Part shown: positions 20,072 through 29,112 of the stretch, piece by piece | Position numbering within the stretch: the first letter of the stretch is position 1 | Layout of the letters: each line of letters begins with the position of its first letter | Source of the DNA: Vicinamibacterales bacterium | GTDB taxonomy: Bacteria > Acidobacteriota > Vicinamibacteria > Vicinamibacterales > UBA8438 | Reading direction: 5' to 3' | Assembly (NCBI GenBank): GCA_965206285.1 | Contig: OZ242205.1 | Coordinates: 130,149-194,148 of the forward strand | DNA length: 64,000 nucleotides | Notes under the pieces: generated by a model | What the model was told of the DNA's origin: nothing | Databases searched by the model: none | What the model saw: the letters and a program-made list of their open reading frames with translations, nothing else | Translations under genes and position numbers: made by a program

Positions 20072-20874
20072 GTTCAGTTCGCGTCAGCGCCGTGGAGTAC
20101 CTGAACGCGAGGCCGCTCGTCGAAGGCCTCGAGCGCCAGACCGGCCTCTTCGATCTGCAGTTCGATTTGCCAGCTCGATGCGCCGCCCACCTTCACGAGG
20201 GCTCGGCGGATCTCGCGCTGATTCCCTCCATCGAGTACCTGCAGAACGCCGAGTACCGCATGGTGCCCAATCTCGCGGTGGCGTCGAAGGGAGAGGTGGC
20301 CTCGGTCGCGTTGTTCACCACCCGGCCGGTGACGTCGCTCCGGTCGATCGCGGTCGACAGCAATTCCCGGACTGCTGCCATGCTTCTCCGGATTCTGTGC
20401 GCCGAGGCCTGGGAGATCGAACCGAAGCTCGTGAGGCTCCGTCCCGATTTGGACGTTATGCTGAAGCGGTGCGACGCCGCCCTGATCATCGGCGACGCCG
20501 CGTTGTTCCTCGATCACGAGCAAAAGGGTCTCGACAAGGTCGACCTCGGCGAGGAGTGGACGGTTCTGACCTCGCTGCCGTTCGTCTGGGCGGCCTGGGT
20601 CGGGCGTCGCGATGCGCTGGCGGCCGAGCACGGGCAGGCGCTCGCGGCGGCGCGCGCGCAGGGAGAGCAGGCCATCGACGACATCGTGGCCCGCCACTGT
20701 CCCGACGACGAGGAGCGGCGGGAGACGGGCCGGCGGTATCTTCGCGAGAACGTGTCGTTCGGCCTCGACGAGCGGGCGCACGACGGCCTCCGGAAGTTCT
20801 ACGAGTACGCCTACGAGCAGCGGCTGGTCCAGGTGCAACGGGATCTCCGCTTCTACGGGTGGCGGGCAGAATGA
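20068..20874 (+). CDS. mqnA: chorismate dehydratase MqnA (futalosine pathway)
   Basis: ATG 20068 overlaps the upstream stop. VSAVEYLNARPL, DLALIPSIEY, DSNSRTAAMLLRIL and DAALIIGDAAL. Confidence 0.85.
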   Translation: MSSVRVSAVEYLNARPLVEGLERQTGLFDLQFDLPARCAAHLHEGSADLALIPSIEYLQNAEYRMVPNLAVASKGEVASVALFTTRPVTSLRSIAVDSNSRTAAMLLRILCAEAWEIEPKLVRLRPDLDVMLKRCDAALIIGDAALFLDHEQKGLDKVDLGEEWTVLTSLPFVWAAWVGRRDALAAEHGQALAAARAQGEQAIDDIVARHCPDDEERRETGRRYLRENVSFGLDERAHDGLRKFYEYAYEQRLVQVQRDLRFYGWRAE

Positions 20875-22091
20875 CCATTGCGTCGATCGCGGCACGGGTG
20901 CTCGACGGCCAGCGGATCGATGGCCGCGAAGCGTTGAAGCTCTACACCGGGGCGCCGACGGCGTTGCTCGGCCGCCTCGCCGATACCATCCGGGCGCGCA
21001 GGCATCCGTCCGGCGTCGTGAGCTACATCATCGATCGCAACGTCAACTACACCAACGTCTGCGTGGCCCGATGCAACTTCTGCGCGTTCTATCGTCCGGT
21101 CGGGTCCGGCGACGGCTACGTGCTGGGCTTCGACGAGCTGTTCCGCAAGATCGACGAGACGCGCGCGGTGGGGGGGGAGCAGCTGCTGCTGCAGGGCGGG
21201 CACAACCCGGATCTCCCGTTGCAGTGGTACGAGGACCTGTTCGCCGCGGTCAAGTCCCGGTATCCCGATTTCAGGCTCCACGCCCTGTCCCCGCCGGAGA
21301 TCCTGCACCTGTCGCGACTGTCCCAGGAGCCGGTGCCGGTCGTGGTCCGCCGCCTGATCCGCGCCGGCCTCGACAGCGTCCCGGGCGGGGGCGCCGAGAT
21401 TCTCGTCGACCGCGTCCGCCGCGAGCTGAACTGCTACAGCAAGGCGACCGCCGACGAGTGGCTGTCGGTGATGCGGGTGGTGCACGAGGCGGGCCTGCGA
21501 TCGACCGCGACCATGATGTACGGCAGCGTCGATACCCCGGCCGAACGGGTCGAGCACCTGTGCCGGCTGCGGGAACTGCAGGACGAGACCGGCGGGTTCA
21601 CCGCCTTCATCACCTGGAGCTATCAGCCCTCCAACACCGAGCTGTCCGGGGTGGAGGCGACCGGAATCGACTACCTGCGCACCCTCGCGCTCTCCCGTAT
21701 CGTCCTCGACAACTTCGACAACCTCCAGGCGTCGTGGGTCACCCAGGGAGGCAAGGTCGGCCAGTTGAGCCTCGCCTTCGGCGCGAACGACATGGGCAGC
21801 GTCATGATCGAGGAGAACGTGGTCCGCGCCGCCGGCGCCGAGTACTGCATGGACGAGGCGGAGATCGTCCGCAACATCGAAGATGCCGGCTATGTGCCAA
21901 AACGCCGCAACATGACCTACGACCTTCTGGGGGACCCTCTCTTTCGGCGCCAGGCGATACCCCGGCGCACGACGCTCGCGGTGGCCCGCGCGGCCGGCGA
22001 CACCTCCATACCGGCCGAGCTGTCCCGGTACCCGGCGCGCAGCCGTCCCGGCAAGGAACAGCGGTCGGCGCCCGACCCGCGCCCGGCGTGA
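20871..22091 (+). CDS. mqnC: radical SAM cyclic dehypoxanthinyl futalosine synthase (MqnC-type)
   Basis: ATG 20871 overlaps the mqnA stop. CVARCNFC radical-SAM motif. IDRNVNYTNVC, LLLQGGHNP, SWVTQGGK and GSVMIEENVV favour MqnC over MqnE. Confidence 0.85.
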   Translation: MTIASIAARVLDGQRIDGREALKLYTGAPTALLGRLADTIRARRHPSGVVSYIIDRNVNYTNVCVARCNFCAFYRPVGSGDGYVLGFDELFRKIDETRAVGGEQLLLQGGHNPDLPLQWYEDLFAAVKSRYPDFRLHALSPPEILHLSRLSQEPVPVVVRRLIRAGLDSVPGGGAEILVDRVRRELNCYSKATADEWLSVMRVVHEAGLRSTATMMYGSVDTPAERVEHLCRLRELQDETGGFTAFITWSYQPSNTELSGVEATGIDYLRTLALSRIVLDNFDNLQASWVTQGGKVGQLSLAFGANDMGSVMIEENVVRAAGAEYCMDEAEIVRNIEDAGYVPKRRNMTYDLLGDPLFRRQAIPRRTTLAVARAAGDTSIPAELSRYPARSRPGKEQRSAPDPRPA

Positions 22092-22103
22092 CCCGCGCCG
22101 CGG

Positions 22104-23324
22104 ATGCGCTATATCGCCGACTGGGTGTTGCCGATCGCGACTCCTCCCGTGCATCGGGGGCGGGTCGACGTTCGCGACGGCCGGGTCGTGGGGGTCGGGA
22201 CGGCGGCGGACGCCGGTGGGGCGCCGGCCGCGGTCGTCGATCTGGGGCGCGCCGCGATCCTGCCGGCGCTGGTCAACGCGCATACCCATCTGGAGCTCTC
22301 GGAGTTGCGGGGCACGGTGCCGCCGGCCGCATCGATGCCGCAGTGGGTCGACAGCCTGCTGCAGCGCCGGGCGGAGGCGGGGCCGCCCGATCCGGGCGCC
22401 ATCCGCCGGGCCATCGCCGAGGCGCGCGCGTCGGGCACGGGGTTGCTCGGCGATATCGGCAACACCGCGGCCGCGGCGCCGATCCTGGCGCAGGCAGGGA
22501 TGCCGGCCCGTCTGTTCCGTGAGGTTCTGGCCTTCCCGGACCGGGGGGCGTCGGCCGCGGTGGACGCGGCGGCGGCCGACCTCGGCTCGGCGGCGGCCGG
22601 CGGGGTCAGGGTGGGGATGGCGGCGCACGCCCCGTTCTCGGTCGGTCGGGCCGCGTTCGCGGCCCTGGATGCGGTGGTCCGGGAGCGATTCGGTGGTCCC
22701 CGGTCGATCCACCTCGCGGAATCGCCCGAAGAGCTGGAGTTCCTGCGTAGCGGAAGCGGCCCCTGGCGCGATCTGCTCGACCGGATCGACCGCTGGGATC
22801 CCGCGTGGACACCGCCGCGGTGCGGCCCGGTGGAGTATCTCGATCGCCTGGGCTGGCTCCGCGCGGGGCTCGTCGTCGTCCACGGCGTCCAGTTGACCGA
22901 TCTGGAGCTGCGCCGGTTGGCCGAACGGGACGTGTTTCTGGTGACCTGTCCGCGGAGCAACGTCTGGACCGGGGTCGGCCCCCCGCCGATAGAACGCTTC
23001 CTGCGCGCCGGCGTGCCGCTTGCCGTCGGCACCGACAGCCTTGCCAGCGCTCCCGACCTCAACCTGTTCAGCGAGCTGGCCCTGATGCGCAGCCTCGCGC
23101 CGTCGGCGCCGGCCCGCCGGCTGCTGGCGTGTGCGACTCGTCACGGGGCCGAGGCGCTCGGGTTCGACGACGAGTTCGGCACTATCGCGCCGGGCCTCCG
23201 CGCCGACCTCATCGGGGTGCGCATTCCCGCCGGGGTGGGCGATGTGGAAGAATACCTGCTGGGCGGCATCACCCCGGACCGGGTCACACGGCTCGACGTC
23301 CGGAAGCCGGACGGCTCGACATGA
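22104..23324 (+). CDS. metal-dependent amidohydrolase (possible futalosine-route deaminase)
   Basis: 406 aa. LVNAHTHLELS (HxH), VHGVQL, GTDSLAS. The deaminase role is inferred from operon context only. Confidence 0.8.
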   Translation: MRYIADWVLPIATPPVHRGRVDVRDGRVVGVGTAADAGGAPAAVVDLGRAAILPALVNAHTHLELSELRGTVPPAASMPQWVDSLLQRRAEAGPPDPGAIRRAIAEARASGTGLLGDIGNTAAAAPILAQAGMPARLFREVLAFPDRGASAAVDAAAADLGSAAAGGVRVGMAAHAPFSVGRAAFAALDAVVRERFGGPRSIHLAESPEELEFLRSGSGPWRDLLDRIDRWDPAWTPPRCGPVEYLDRLGWLRAGLVVVHGVQLTDLELRRLAERDVFLVTCPRSNVWTGVGPPPIERFLRAGVPLAVGTDSLASAPDLNLFSELALMRSLAPSAPARRLLACATRHGAEALGFDDEFGTIAPGLRADLIGVRIPAGVGDVEEYLLGGITPDRVTRLDVRKPDGST

Positions 23325-24187
23325 TATCTCCGGCGCTCCGGTACATCCGATCCTGCTTCTCGTTCGTGCGATTCGGCCACTCGGTCTTCGCGCTCCCGTT
23401 CGCCCTCGTCGGCGCGCTTCTCGCGGCCCGGGAGCATCCGCTGACGCTCGCCCGCATCGGCTGGATCATCGCGGCCATGGTGGCCGCCCGGACCGCCGCG
23501 ATGGGTTTCAATCGACTGGTCGACGCGCGGTACGACGCCCTGAACCCGAGAACCGCCAATCGCGAGCTGCCCCGCGGGGTGCTCTCGCGCGGGGACGCGA
23601 TCGGGCTGGTGGTCCTGTCCTCGCTCGCCTTCATCCTCGTGACCACGCAGCTCGGTTGGATCTGTCTGCTGTTGTCCCCCCTCGCCCTCGCCATCGTGTT
23701 CTGGTACTCCCTGGCGAAACGGTTCACGAGCTGGACGCAGTTGTTCCTGGGGTTGGCTCTCGCCGTCGCCCCGGTCGGCGGATGGCTGGCCGCGGGCGGG
23801 CGCGGCGGGTGGGAACCCTGGCTGTTGGCCTTGGCCATCGGCACGTGGGTCGCGGGATTCGACATTCTGTACGCCTGTCAGGATCTCGAGTTCGATCGCG
23901 CGCAGGGCCTCCGTTCGATTCCGGTCCGTTTCGGCGTGGGCCGGTCGCTGGCGATCGCGCGCGGGCTGCACGTGGTGACGGTGGCGGCGATGGCCGCCGT
24001 GGCTCTCGCCGCGCCTCTCGGCGGCGGGTACCTCGCGGGGGTCGGCGGGGTGGCGATGCTGCTGGTCTGGGAACAGTCCCTCGTTCGGGCGGACGATCTC
24101 TCGCGGGTGAAGGAGGCGTTCGATCTGAATGGCTACGTGGGGCTCTTCTATCTCGCTGCGACGGCCGGTGCCCTCTATGCCGGATGA
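23321..24187 (+). CDS. UbiA-family aromatic prenyltransferase (MqnP-like by context)
   Basis: ATG 23321 overlaps the upstream stop. Multi-TM protein. NRLVDARYDALNPRTANRELP and DILYACQDLEFD are the Asp-rich UbiA motifs. Confidence 0.85.
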   Translation: MISPALRYIRSCFSFVRFGHSVFALPFALVGALLAAREHPLTLARIGWIIAAMVAARTAAMGFNRLVDARYDALNPRTANRELPRGVLSRGDAIGLVVLSSLAFILVTTQLGWICLLLSPLALAIVFWYSLAKRFTSWTQLFLGLALAVAPVGGWLAAGGRGGWEPWLLALAIGTWVAGFDILYACQDLEFDRAQGLRSIPVRFGVGRSLAIARGLHVVTVAAMAAVALAAPLGGGYLAGVGGVAMLLVWEQSLVRADDLSRVKEAFDLNGYVGLFYLAATAGALYAG

Positions 24188-24791
24188 CCGGGAGCGTTGC
24201 GTCTCGGTGGGGATCACCGGGGCGAGCGGCGCCCTGTACGCGGTGCGCACCGTCGCGGCCCTCCTCGCCGACCGGTGTCGGGTCGAGCTGGTGGTATCCG
24301 AGTTCGGACGCCGACTGCTGCACGACGAGCTCGGCGAGGCTGCTTCCTGCGACCGGCTCGTCGAGTACCTGACCACCCGCTACGGCGTGGGGGTGCGCGC
24401 CGGCACCCTCGTCGTCCACAGCAACCGGAACGTGGGGGCGACCATCGCCAGCGGCAGCTACCGTTGTGAGGGGATGGTAATCGTGCCCTGTTCGATGAAG
24501 ACCCTGGCCGGGGTGGCGCACGGACTGTCGCGGACCCTCATCGAACGCGCCGCCGACGTCATGCTCAAGGAGCGCCGTCCCCTCGTGATCGTGCCGCGGG
24601 AGACCCCGATGAGCCTGCCGCAGCTTCGCAACCTGGTGGCCTCCGCCGAGGCGGGGGCGACGGTGCTGCCGGCGATGCCGGCGTTCTACCAGGGGCCCCG
24701 GACGCTCGACGATCTGGCCGACTTCATGGCCGGGAAGATCCTCGACGCGCTGGGTGTCTCGCACGCCCTCTATCCCCCATGGACGGGATGA
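24177..24791 (+). CDS. ubiX: flavin prenyltransferase UbiX
   Basis: ATG 24177. VGITGASGALYA, VIVPCSMKTLAG, PLVIVPRETP. Confidence 0.9.
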   Translation: MPDDRERCVSVGITGASGALYAVRTVAALLADRCRVELVVSEFGRRLLHDELGEAASCDRLVEYLTTRYGVGVRAGTLVVHSNRNVGATIASGSYRCEGMVIVPCSMKTLAGVAHGLSRTLIERAADVMLKERRPLVIVPRETPMSLPQLRNLVASAEAGATVLPAMPAFYQGPRTLDDLADFMAGKILDALGVSHALYPPWTG

Positions 24792-25549
24792 GGGGGGACC
24801 CGGCGCGTCACCTCTCCGGGGACGGCACCCCGCCGCTCGACAAGACTCCGGGACGCATCGCGGGGATGTTCGATGCGATCGCCCATCGCTACGACCGCCT
24901 GAACCATGTGCTCAGCGCCGGACTCGATCGGCGCTGGCGGCGGCAGGCGATCGGGGCGATCGCGCCCCCGGCCGGCGCCCGGGTGATCGACGTCTGTACC
25001 GGAACCGCGGATCTCGCGATCGCCGCCTGCCGCCGGGACGCTCCGCCACGGACAGTTCTCGGCGTCGACTTCGCCGCGGCGATGCTGGAGATCGGCCGCC
25101 GCAAGGTGCGGGCGTGCGGCCTCGATCCGCGCGTGCGATTGGTCCGCGGGGACGCCTGCCGGCTGCCGTGCGCGCCGGCGGAGATGGATGCGGCGACCAT
25201 CGGATTCGGGATCCGCAACGTGGTCGATCCGGCGCTGGCGGTCCGGGAGATCGCCCGCGTCCTCAAGCCGGGCGGCCGGGTGGCGATCCTGGAGTTCGGC
25301 GAGCCGCGCTTGCCGCTGATTCGGGCCGTGTATGGTTGGTATTTCCGGCAGGTGCTGCCTCGCATCGGTCGCTGGCTGTCGCGGCATGCGGAGGCCTACG
25401 CCTACCTGCCCGCCTCGGTCCATGCCTTCCTCGGTCCCGATGCGCTGGCCGCGATGCTGCGCGACGGCGGATTCGACGAGGTCCGCGTCGAGCGGCTGGC
25501 CCTGGGGATCGTGTATCTCTACGTAGCCCGCAAGCCGATAGAACGTTGA
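24779..25549 (+). CDS. ubiE: demethylmenaquinone/ubiquinone methyltransferase UbiE/MenG
   Basis: 256 aa. SAM site VIDVCTGTADLA, plus FDAIAHRYDRLN and YLPASV motifs. Confidence 0.9.
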   Translation: MDGMRGDPARHLSGDGTPPLDKTPGRIAGMFDAIAHRYDRLNHVLSAGLDRRWRRQAIGAIAPPAGARVIDVCTGTADLAIAACRRDAPPRTVLGVDFAAAMLEIGRRKVRACGLDPRVRLVRGDACRLPCAPAEMDAATIGFGIRNVVDPALAVREIARVLKPGGRVAILEFGEPRLPLIRAVYGWYFRQVLPRIGRWLSRHAEAYAYLPASVHAFLGPDALAAMLRDGGFDEVRVERLALGIVYLYVARKPIER

Positions 25550-25583
25550 ACGCGCGGTATACTGGGAAGCAAGCTCCCGTCCC

Positions 25584-26624
25584 ATGTACTTTGACCTCGA
25601 GAGCCGGCACTTCGAGACCCCGACCGTCGAGTCGGCGATGTCTTGGCGCGAGTGCGCCCTGCTGTCCTTCTTCACCCATCTGCTGTTGGGGCTGCTGGTG
25701 ATCCTGGGGCCCCGTCTGCAGTTCGTGCAGGACGCGATGGAACGCCGAGCCGAACGGCTCGCGGAAATGGCGGAGATGGCGGCGGCCGAACAGCTGGCGC
25801 TACGGCAGGTGCCCGACGATGGGCCGCAGTTCATCTTCGTCGACACCTTGGTCGACCCCCCGGCGTCCGCGCCTCTCCTCGAGGCCGACCTGTCGGATCT
25901 GGACCGGGTCGCACAGTCCCCGATCCAGGCGGAGGATCCGCTGAACGACCTGCCCAATGCCGAAGGGAACTCGTTCGAGTTCGTTCAGACCCCGGACCCG
26001 GCGGACGGGTTCGACCCGCTGACCTCGCAGGGTGCGGATCCGGAGGCGGCGGAGGCGGCCCCGACAGAGCCGGTGGACGGGGTCGAAAACGGGTTCGCCG
26101 ACGCCCCCGAACGGGAGGCCCCGGAGGCGGACCCCGGCGAGGGGGAGGGCGAGACCGAGGCGCTGGCCGAGCGCGGGACGCTGCGGCTTCCGCTCGGCGA
26201 CGGTCCGGGGACGATTCTGAACCGGGCGTTGCGGGGGCTCGACAGCGTGGCCCGCAACCAGTCCTACTACAACCTGCGCGGCCGCACGGATCGCTACGGC
26301 CCCGACATCCAGTTCGACTCGAAGGGGGTCGACTTCGGCTCCTGGCTCGCGCGGTTCCGCGCCCAGATCTATCGCAACTGGTTCATTCCCTACGCGGCGA
26401 TGTCGATGTCGGGGAACGTCGTCCTGACTTTCAACGTTCACATGGACGGGGCGCTGACGGATCTCGCGGTGGAGAGACCGTCGACCGTCGATGCGTTCAC
26501 CAACTCCGCGTTCAATGCGATTCGCGGGTCGAACCCGACCCAACCGTTGCCCCCCGAGTATCCGGAAGACCAGGTCTTCTTCACGGTGACGTTCTTCTTC
26601 AACGAGCGGCCGCCGGGCCGCTGA
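25584..26624 (+). CDS. TonB-like energy transducer (C-terminal TonB domain)
   Basis: 346 aa. N-terminal TM anchor, long acidic/Pro-rich linker, C-terminal VVLTFNVHMDGALTDLAVERPS... TonB_C-like module. Confidence 0.7.
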   Translation: MYFDLESRHFETPTVESAMSWRECALLSFFTHLLLGLLVILGPRLQFVQDAMERRAERLAEMAEMAAAEQLALRQVPDDGPQFIFVDTLVDPPASAPLLEADLSDLDRVAQSPIQAEDPLNDLPNAEGNSFEFVQTPDPADGFDPLTSQGADPEAAEAAPTEPVDGVENGFADAPEREAPEADPGEGEGETEALAERGTLRLPLGDGPGTILNRALRGLDSVARNQSYYNLRGRTDRYGPDIQFDSKGVDFGSWLARFRAQIYRNWFIPYAAMSMSGNVVLTFNVHMDGALTDLAVERPSTVDAFTNSAFNAIRGSNPTQPLPPEYPEDQVFFTVTFFFNERPPGR

Positions 26625-26722
26625 TCCCGGCCCATGACCGAGCCGCCGCGGCTGACCGAACGCCAGCAACTCGGTCTCCTGATCCTGTTGACGGTCGTGG
26701 TGGCGTGGGCGCTTCTTGGGTA

Positions 26723-26893
26723 GGGAGTCCGGGGCCGTGCAACGGCGCGGACTTCTGCCGGGTTGGTTGGGCGGCAAGCGAAGCCGCAGGCGAGGATTGC
26801 GGGGCGAGGAGTCCGGGCCGTGCAACGGCGCGGACTTCTGCCGGGTTGGCTGGGCGGCCGGCGGAGCCGCCAGGGCGGCGGTTTCCGAACGAG
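26723..26893 (+). repeat. dispersed hairpin repeat, family 1, two tandem units
   Basis: Units at 26723-26806 and 26808-26893 with an 84-bp period. Each has GGAGTCCGGGCCGT-GCA-ACGGCGCGGACT followed by CTGCCGGGTTGG(T/C)TGGGCGGC. The array ends 5 nt before the miaA GTG. Confidence 0.85.
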
Positions 26894-26897
26894 GCAG

Positions 26898-27893
26898 GTG
26901 GAACGCGTGCGACAACGCATCGGCCTGCGGGACGCGGCCGGCCGGCCGGTGCTGCTCGCCCTCGTCGGACCGACGGCGACCGGCAAGAGCGAGCTCGCGT
27001 TGTCGATCGCCGCGCGCGTCGGCGGCGAGATCCTGGGATGCGACTCGACGGCGGTCTATCGCGGCTTCGACATCGGGACCGACAAGGTCCCCGCCGGCCG
27101 GCAGCGGGGGATTCCGCATCATCTGATCGATATCGTCGATCCGTTCGAGGTGTACTCGGCGGCGCGATACAGCCGCGATGCGGCGCGAATCGTGCAAGAA
27201 GTGACCCATCGAGGCCGGCTTCCGATCGTGGCCGGGGGCACCGGTCTCTACTATCGGGCCCTGACGCGCGGGCTGTTCGCGGGGCCGGGACGCGATGCCG
27301 AGCTCCGAGCCCGGCTGGAGAGGGTGGCCCGGCGGCGGGGGTGCGGCGCCCTGCACCGGTTTCTCGCCCGACACGATGCGGCCTCGGCGCGCAGGATTCA
27401 TCCGTCCGACGAGAAACGCCTGATCCGGGCGCTGGAGGTGTTCCTGCTGACCGGCCGGACCCTGACCGACCACTTCGCCGAGACCTGTTCGCCGATTGGC
27501 GGCCATGCCGTGGTCACCGTCGGACTGCGGTTGCCGATCGAGCAGCTCGAAGCCCGAATCGCGGATCGGGTCGACCGGCAGCTCGCCGGCGGTCTGCTGG
27601 ACGAGATTCGCGGGCTGCTCGCACAGGGCGTGCCGGAGGATGCGGGGCCGTTCGGGGGGCTCGTGTATCGCCAGGCCCTCGAGCATCTGCGCGGCGAACG
27701 CGATCTCCGCAGCACGCGGAACCTGATTGTGCGCGAGAACCGACGCTACGTCCGCCGGCAGATGACGTGGTTCAGAAGAGAGGCCGGGGTGCACTGGGTG
27801 GGGACCCCCGGTGAGCATCCTGCGACCAGCGAGGCGGTCGTGGAGCTGCTCGATGCCGGCATCCGCGCCGGGACGGGACACACGCTGGCATGA
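26898..27893 (+). CDS. miaA: tRNA dimethylallyltransferase
   Basis: GTG 26898 (26907 is an alternative). P-loop GPTATGKS, GGTGLYYRAL, RQMTWFR. Confidence 0.9.
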   Translation: MERVRQRIGLRDAAGRPVLLALVGPTATGKSELALSIAARVGGEILGCDSTAVYRGFDIGTDKVPAGRQRGIPHHLIDIVDPFEVYSAARYSRDAARIVQEVTHRGRLPIVAGGTGLYYRALTRGLFAGPGRDAELRARLERVARRRGCGALHRFLARHDAASARRIHPSDEKRLIRALEVFLLTGRTLTDHFAETCSPIGGHAVVTVGLRLPIEQLEARIADRVDRQLAGGLLDEIRGLLAQGVPEDAGPFGGLVYRQALEHLRGERDLRSTRNLIVRENRRYVRRQMTWFRREAGVHWVGTPGEHPATSEAVVELLDAGIRAGTGHTLA

Positions 27894-28960
27894 TCCGACA
27901 CGAGCTGGAGGCTCGCGAGGCCCAGCACCTCGCGTCGTACGCGGCGCGCAGCCGGGAGTCGAAAGGGCGGCTCCGGGCGGAGCCCGAGGATCCTATTCGG
28001 CCGGTGTTCCATCGCGACCGCGATCGGATCGTGCACAGCAAGGCGTTTCGCCGGCTCAAGCACAAGACCCAGGTGTTCTTCTCTCCGGCCGGCGACCACT
28101 ACCGGACGCGGCTCACCCATACCCTGGAGGTGGCCCAGATCGCCCGGACCGTGTCCAAGGTGCTCGGCCTGAACGAGGACCTCACGGAGGCGGTTGCCCT
28201 CGGCCACGATCTTGGCCACACCCCGTTCGGCCACGCCGGAGAAGGAGTCCTGAGCCGGTTGATGCCGGGGGGATTCAATCACTACGAGCACAGCCTGCGC
28301 ATCGTCGACGTGCTCGAACGGGGCCGCCGCGGCCTCAACCTGACGTGGGAGGTCCGCAACGGGATCGCCAAGCACTCGAAGGGCAGGGACGGCGCGCCGC
28401 TCGGCATGGAGCCGGCCCGGCGGGCGGCGACTCTCGAGGGGCAGGTCGCGCGGGTCGCGGACATGATCGCCTACGTGAACCACGACATCGACGACGCGGT
28501 CCGCGCGGGGGTGCTCGATACGTCCGACCTGCCGGCGGCTCCTCTCGATCGGCTCGGACGCACGTCGTCCGAGCGGATCGGCGCGCTGGTGTCCGACCTG
28601 GTGACCGAAACCCGTGCGACGAGACCCGACGTCGAGCTCCGCATGAGTCCGCCGGTGTTGAACGCCCTGACGGCGTTGCGGGCGTTCCTGTTCGAGGCGG
28701 TGTACGAGAACCGGGTGGCCACCGCCGAGATCGCCAAGGCTTCCGGCATCATCGGGGGGCTCTGGGAACGGGTGCGCCAGGCGCCCGACGGGTTTCTCGA
28801 CCCGCGCTCGCTGGAGGTGGACGGGATCGATGCGGCGGCGCGGGACTTCATCGCGGGCATGACCGATCGGTTCGCCGTGCACCTGTACAAGCGCCTCTTC
28901 ATCCCGCGGCCCTGGGTGGCCGGAGCGTCCCGCGGGCAGGACGAGCCGGCCGGGGAATGA
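27890..28960 (+). CDS. dGTPase-like HD-domain triphosphohydrolase
   Basis: ATG 27890 overlaps the miaA stop. RLTHTLEVAQIAR...GHDLGHTPFGH is the HD domain. Confidence 0.9.
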   Translation: MIRHELEAREAQHLASYAARSRESKGRLRAEPEDPIRPVFHRDRDRIVHSKAFRRLKHKTQVFFSPAGDHYRTRLTHTLEVAQIARTVSKVLGLNEDLTEAVALGHDLGHTPFGHAGEGVLSRLMPGGFNHYEHSLRIVDVLERGRRGLNLTWEVRNGIAKHSKGRDGAPLGMEPARRAATLEGQVARVADMIAYVNHDIDDAVRAGVLDTSDLPAAPLDRLGRTSSERIGALVSDLVTETRATRPDVELRMSPPVLNALTALRAFLFEAVYENRVATAEIAKASGIIGGLWERVRQAPDGFLDPRSLEVDGIDAAARDFIAGMTDRFAVHLYKRLFIPRPWVAGASRGQDEPAGE

Positions 28961-29045
28961 ACGTTGTCGCGCATGGTTCCAGCATGCCGCGGGGTTTTTC
29001 CCCGGGCTCGCAGCTTTAGATGTAACGAGAAGGAAACCTTGAGGT

Positions 29046-29051
29046 TATAAT
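29046..29051 (+). promoter_or_regulatory. possible -10 box for the yceD-rpmF-fab operon
   Basis: Perfect TATAAT in the only AT-rich patch of this spacer (29011-29060), 62 nt upstream of ATG 29113. No convincing -35. Confidence 0.3.
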
Positions 29052-29112
29052 TCTGGATTCGTCTGGCGCCTGGTCCGTGAGCCGTTCGCCACCGTGGTCG
29101 GAGTCGATTGAG

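Noticed and set aside
26723-26893. Tandem repeats here and at 53389-53538 as a possible CRISPR array
   Set aside because: There are only two directly abutting units per locus and no spacers. The units are about 84 bp and also occur singly elsewhere. No cas genes are present.
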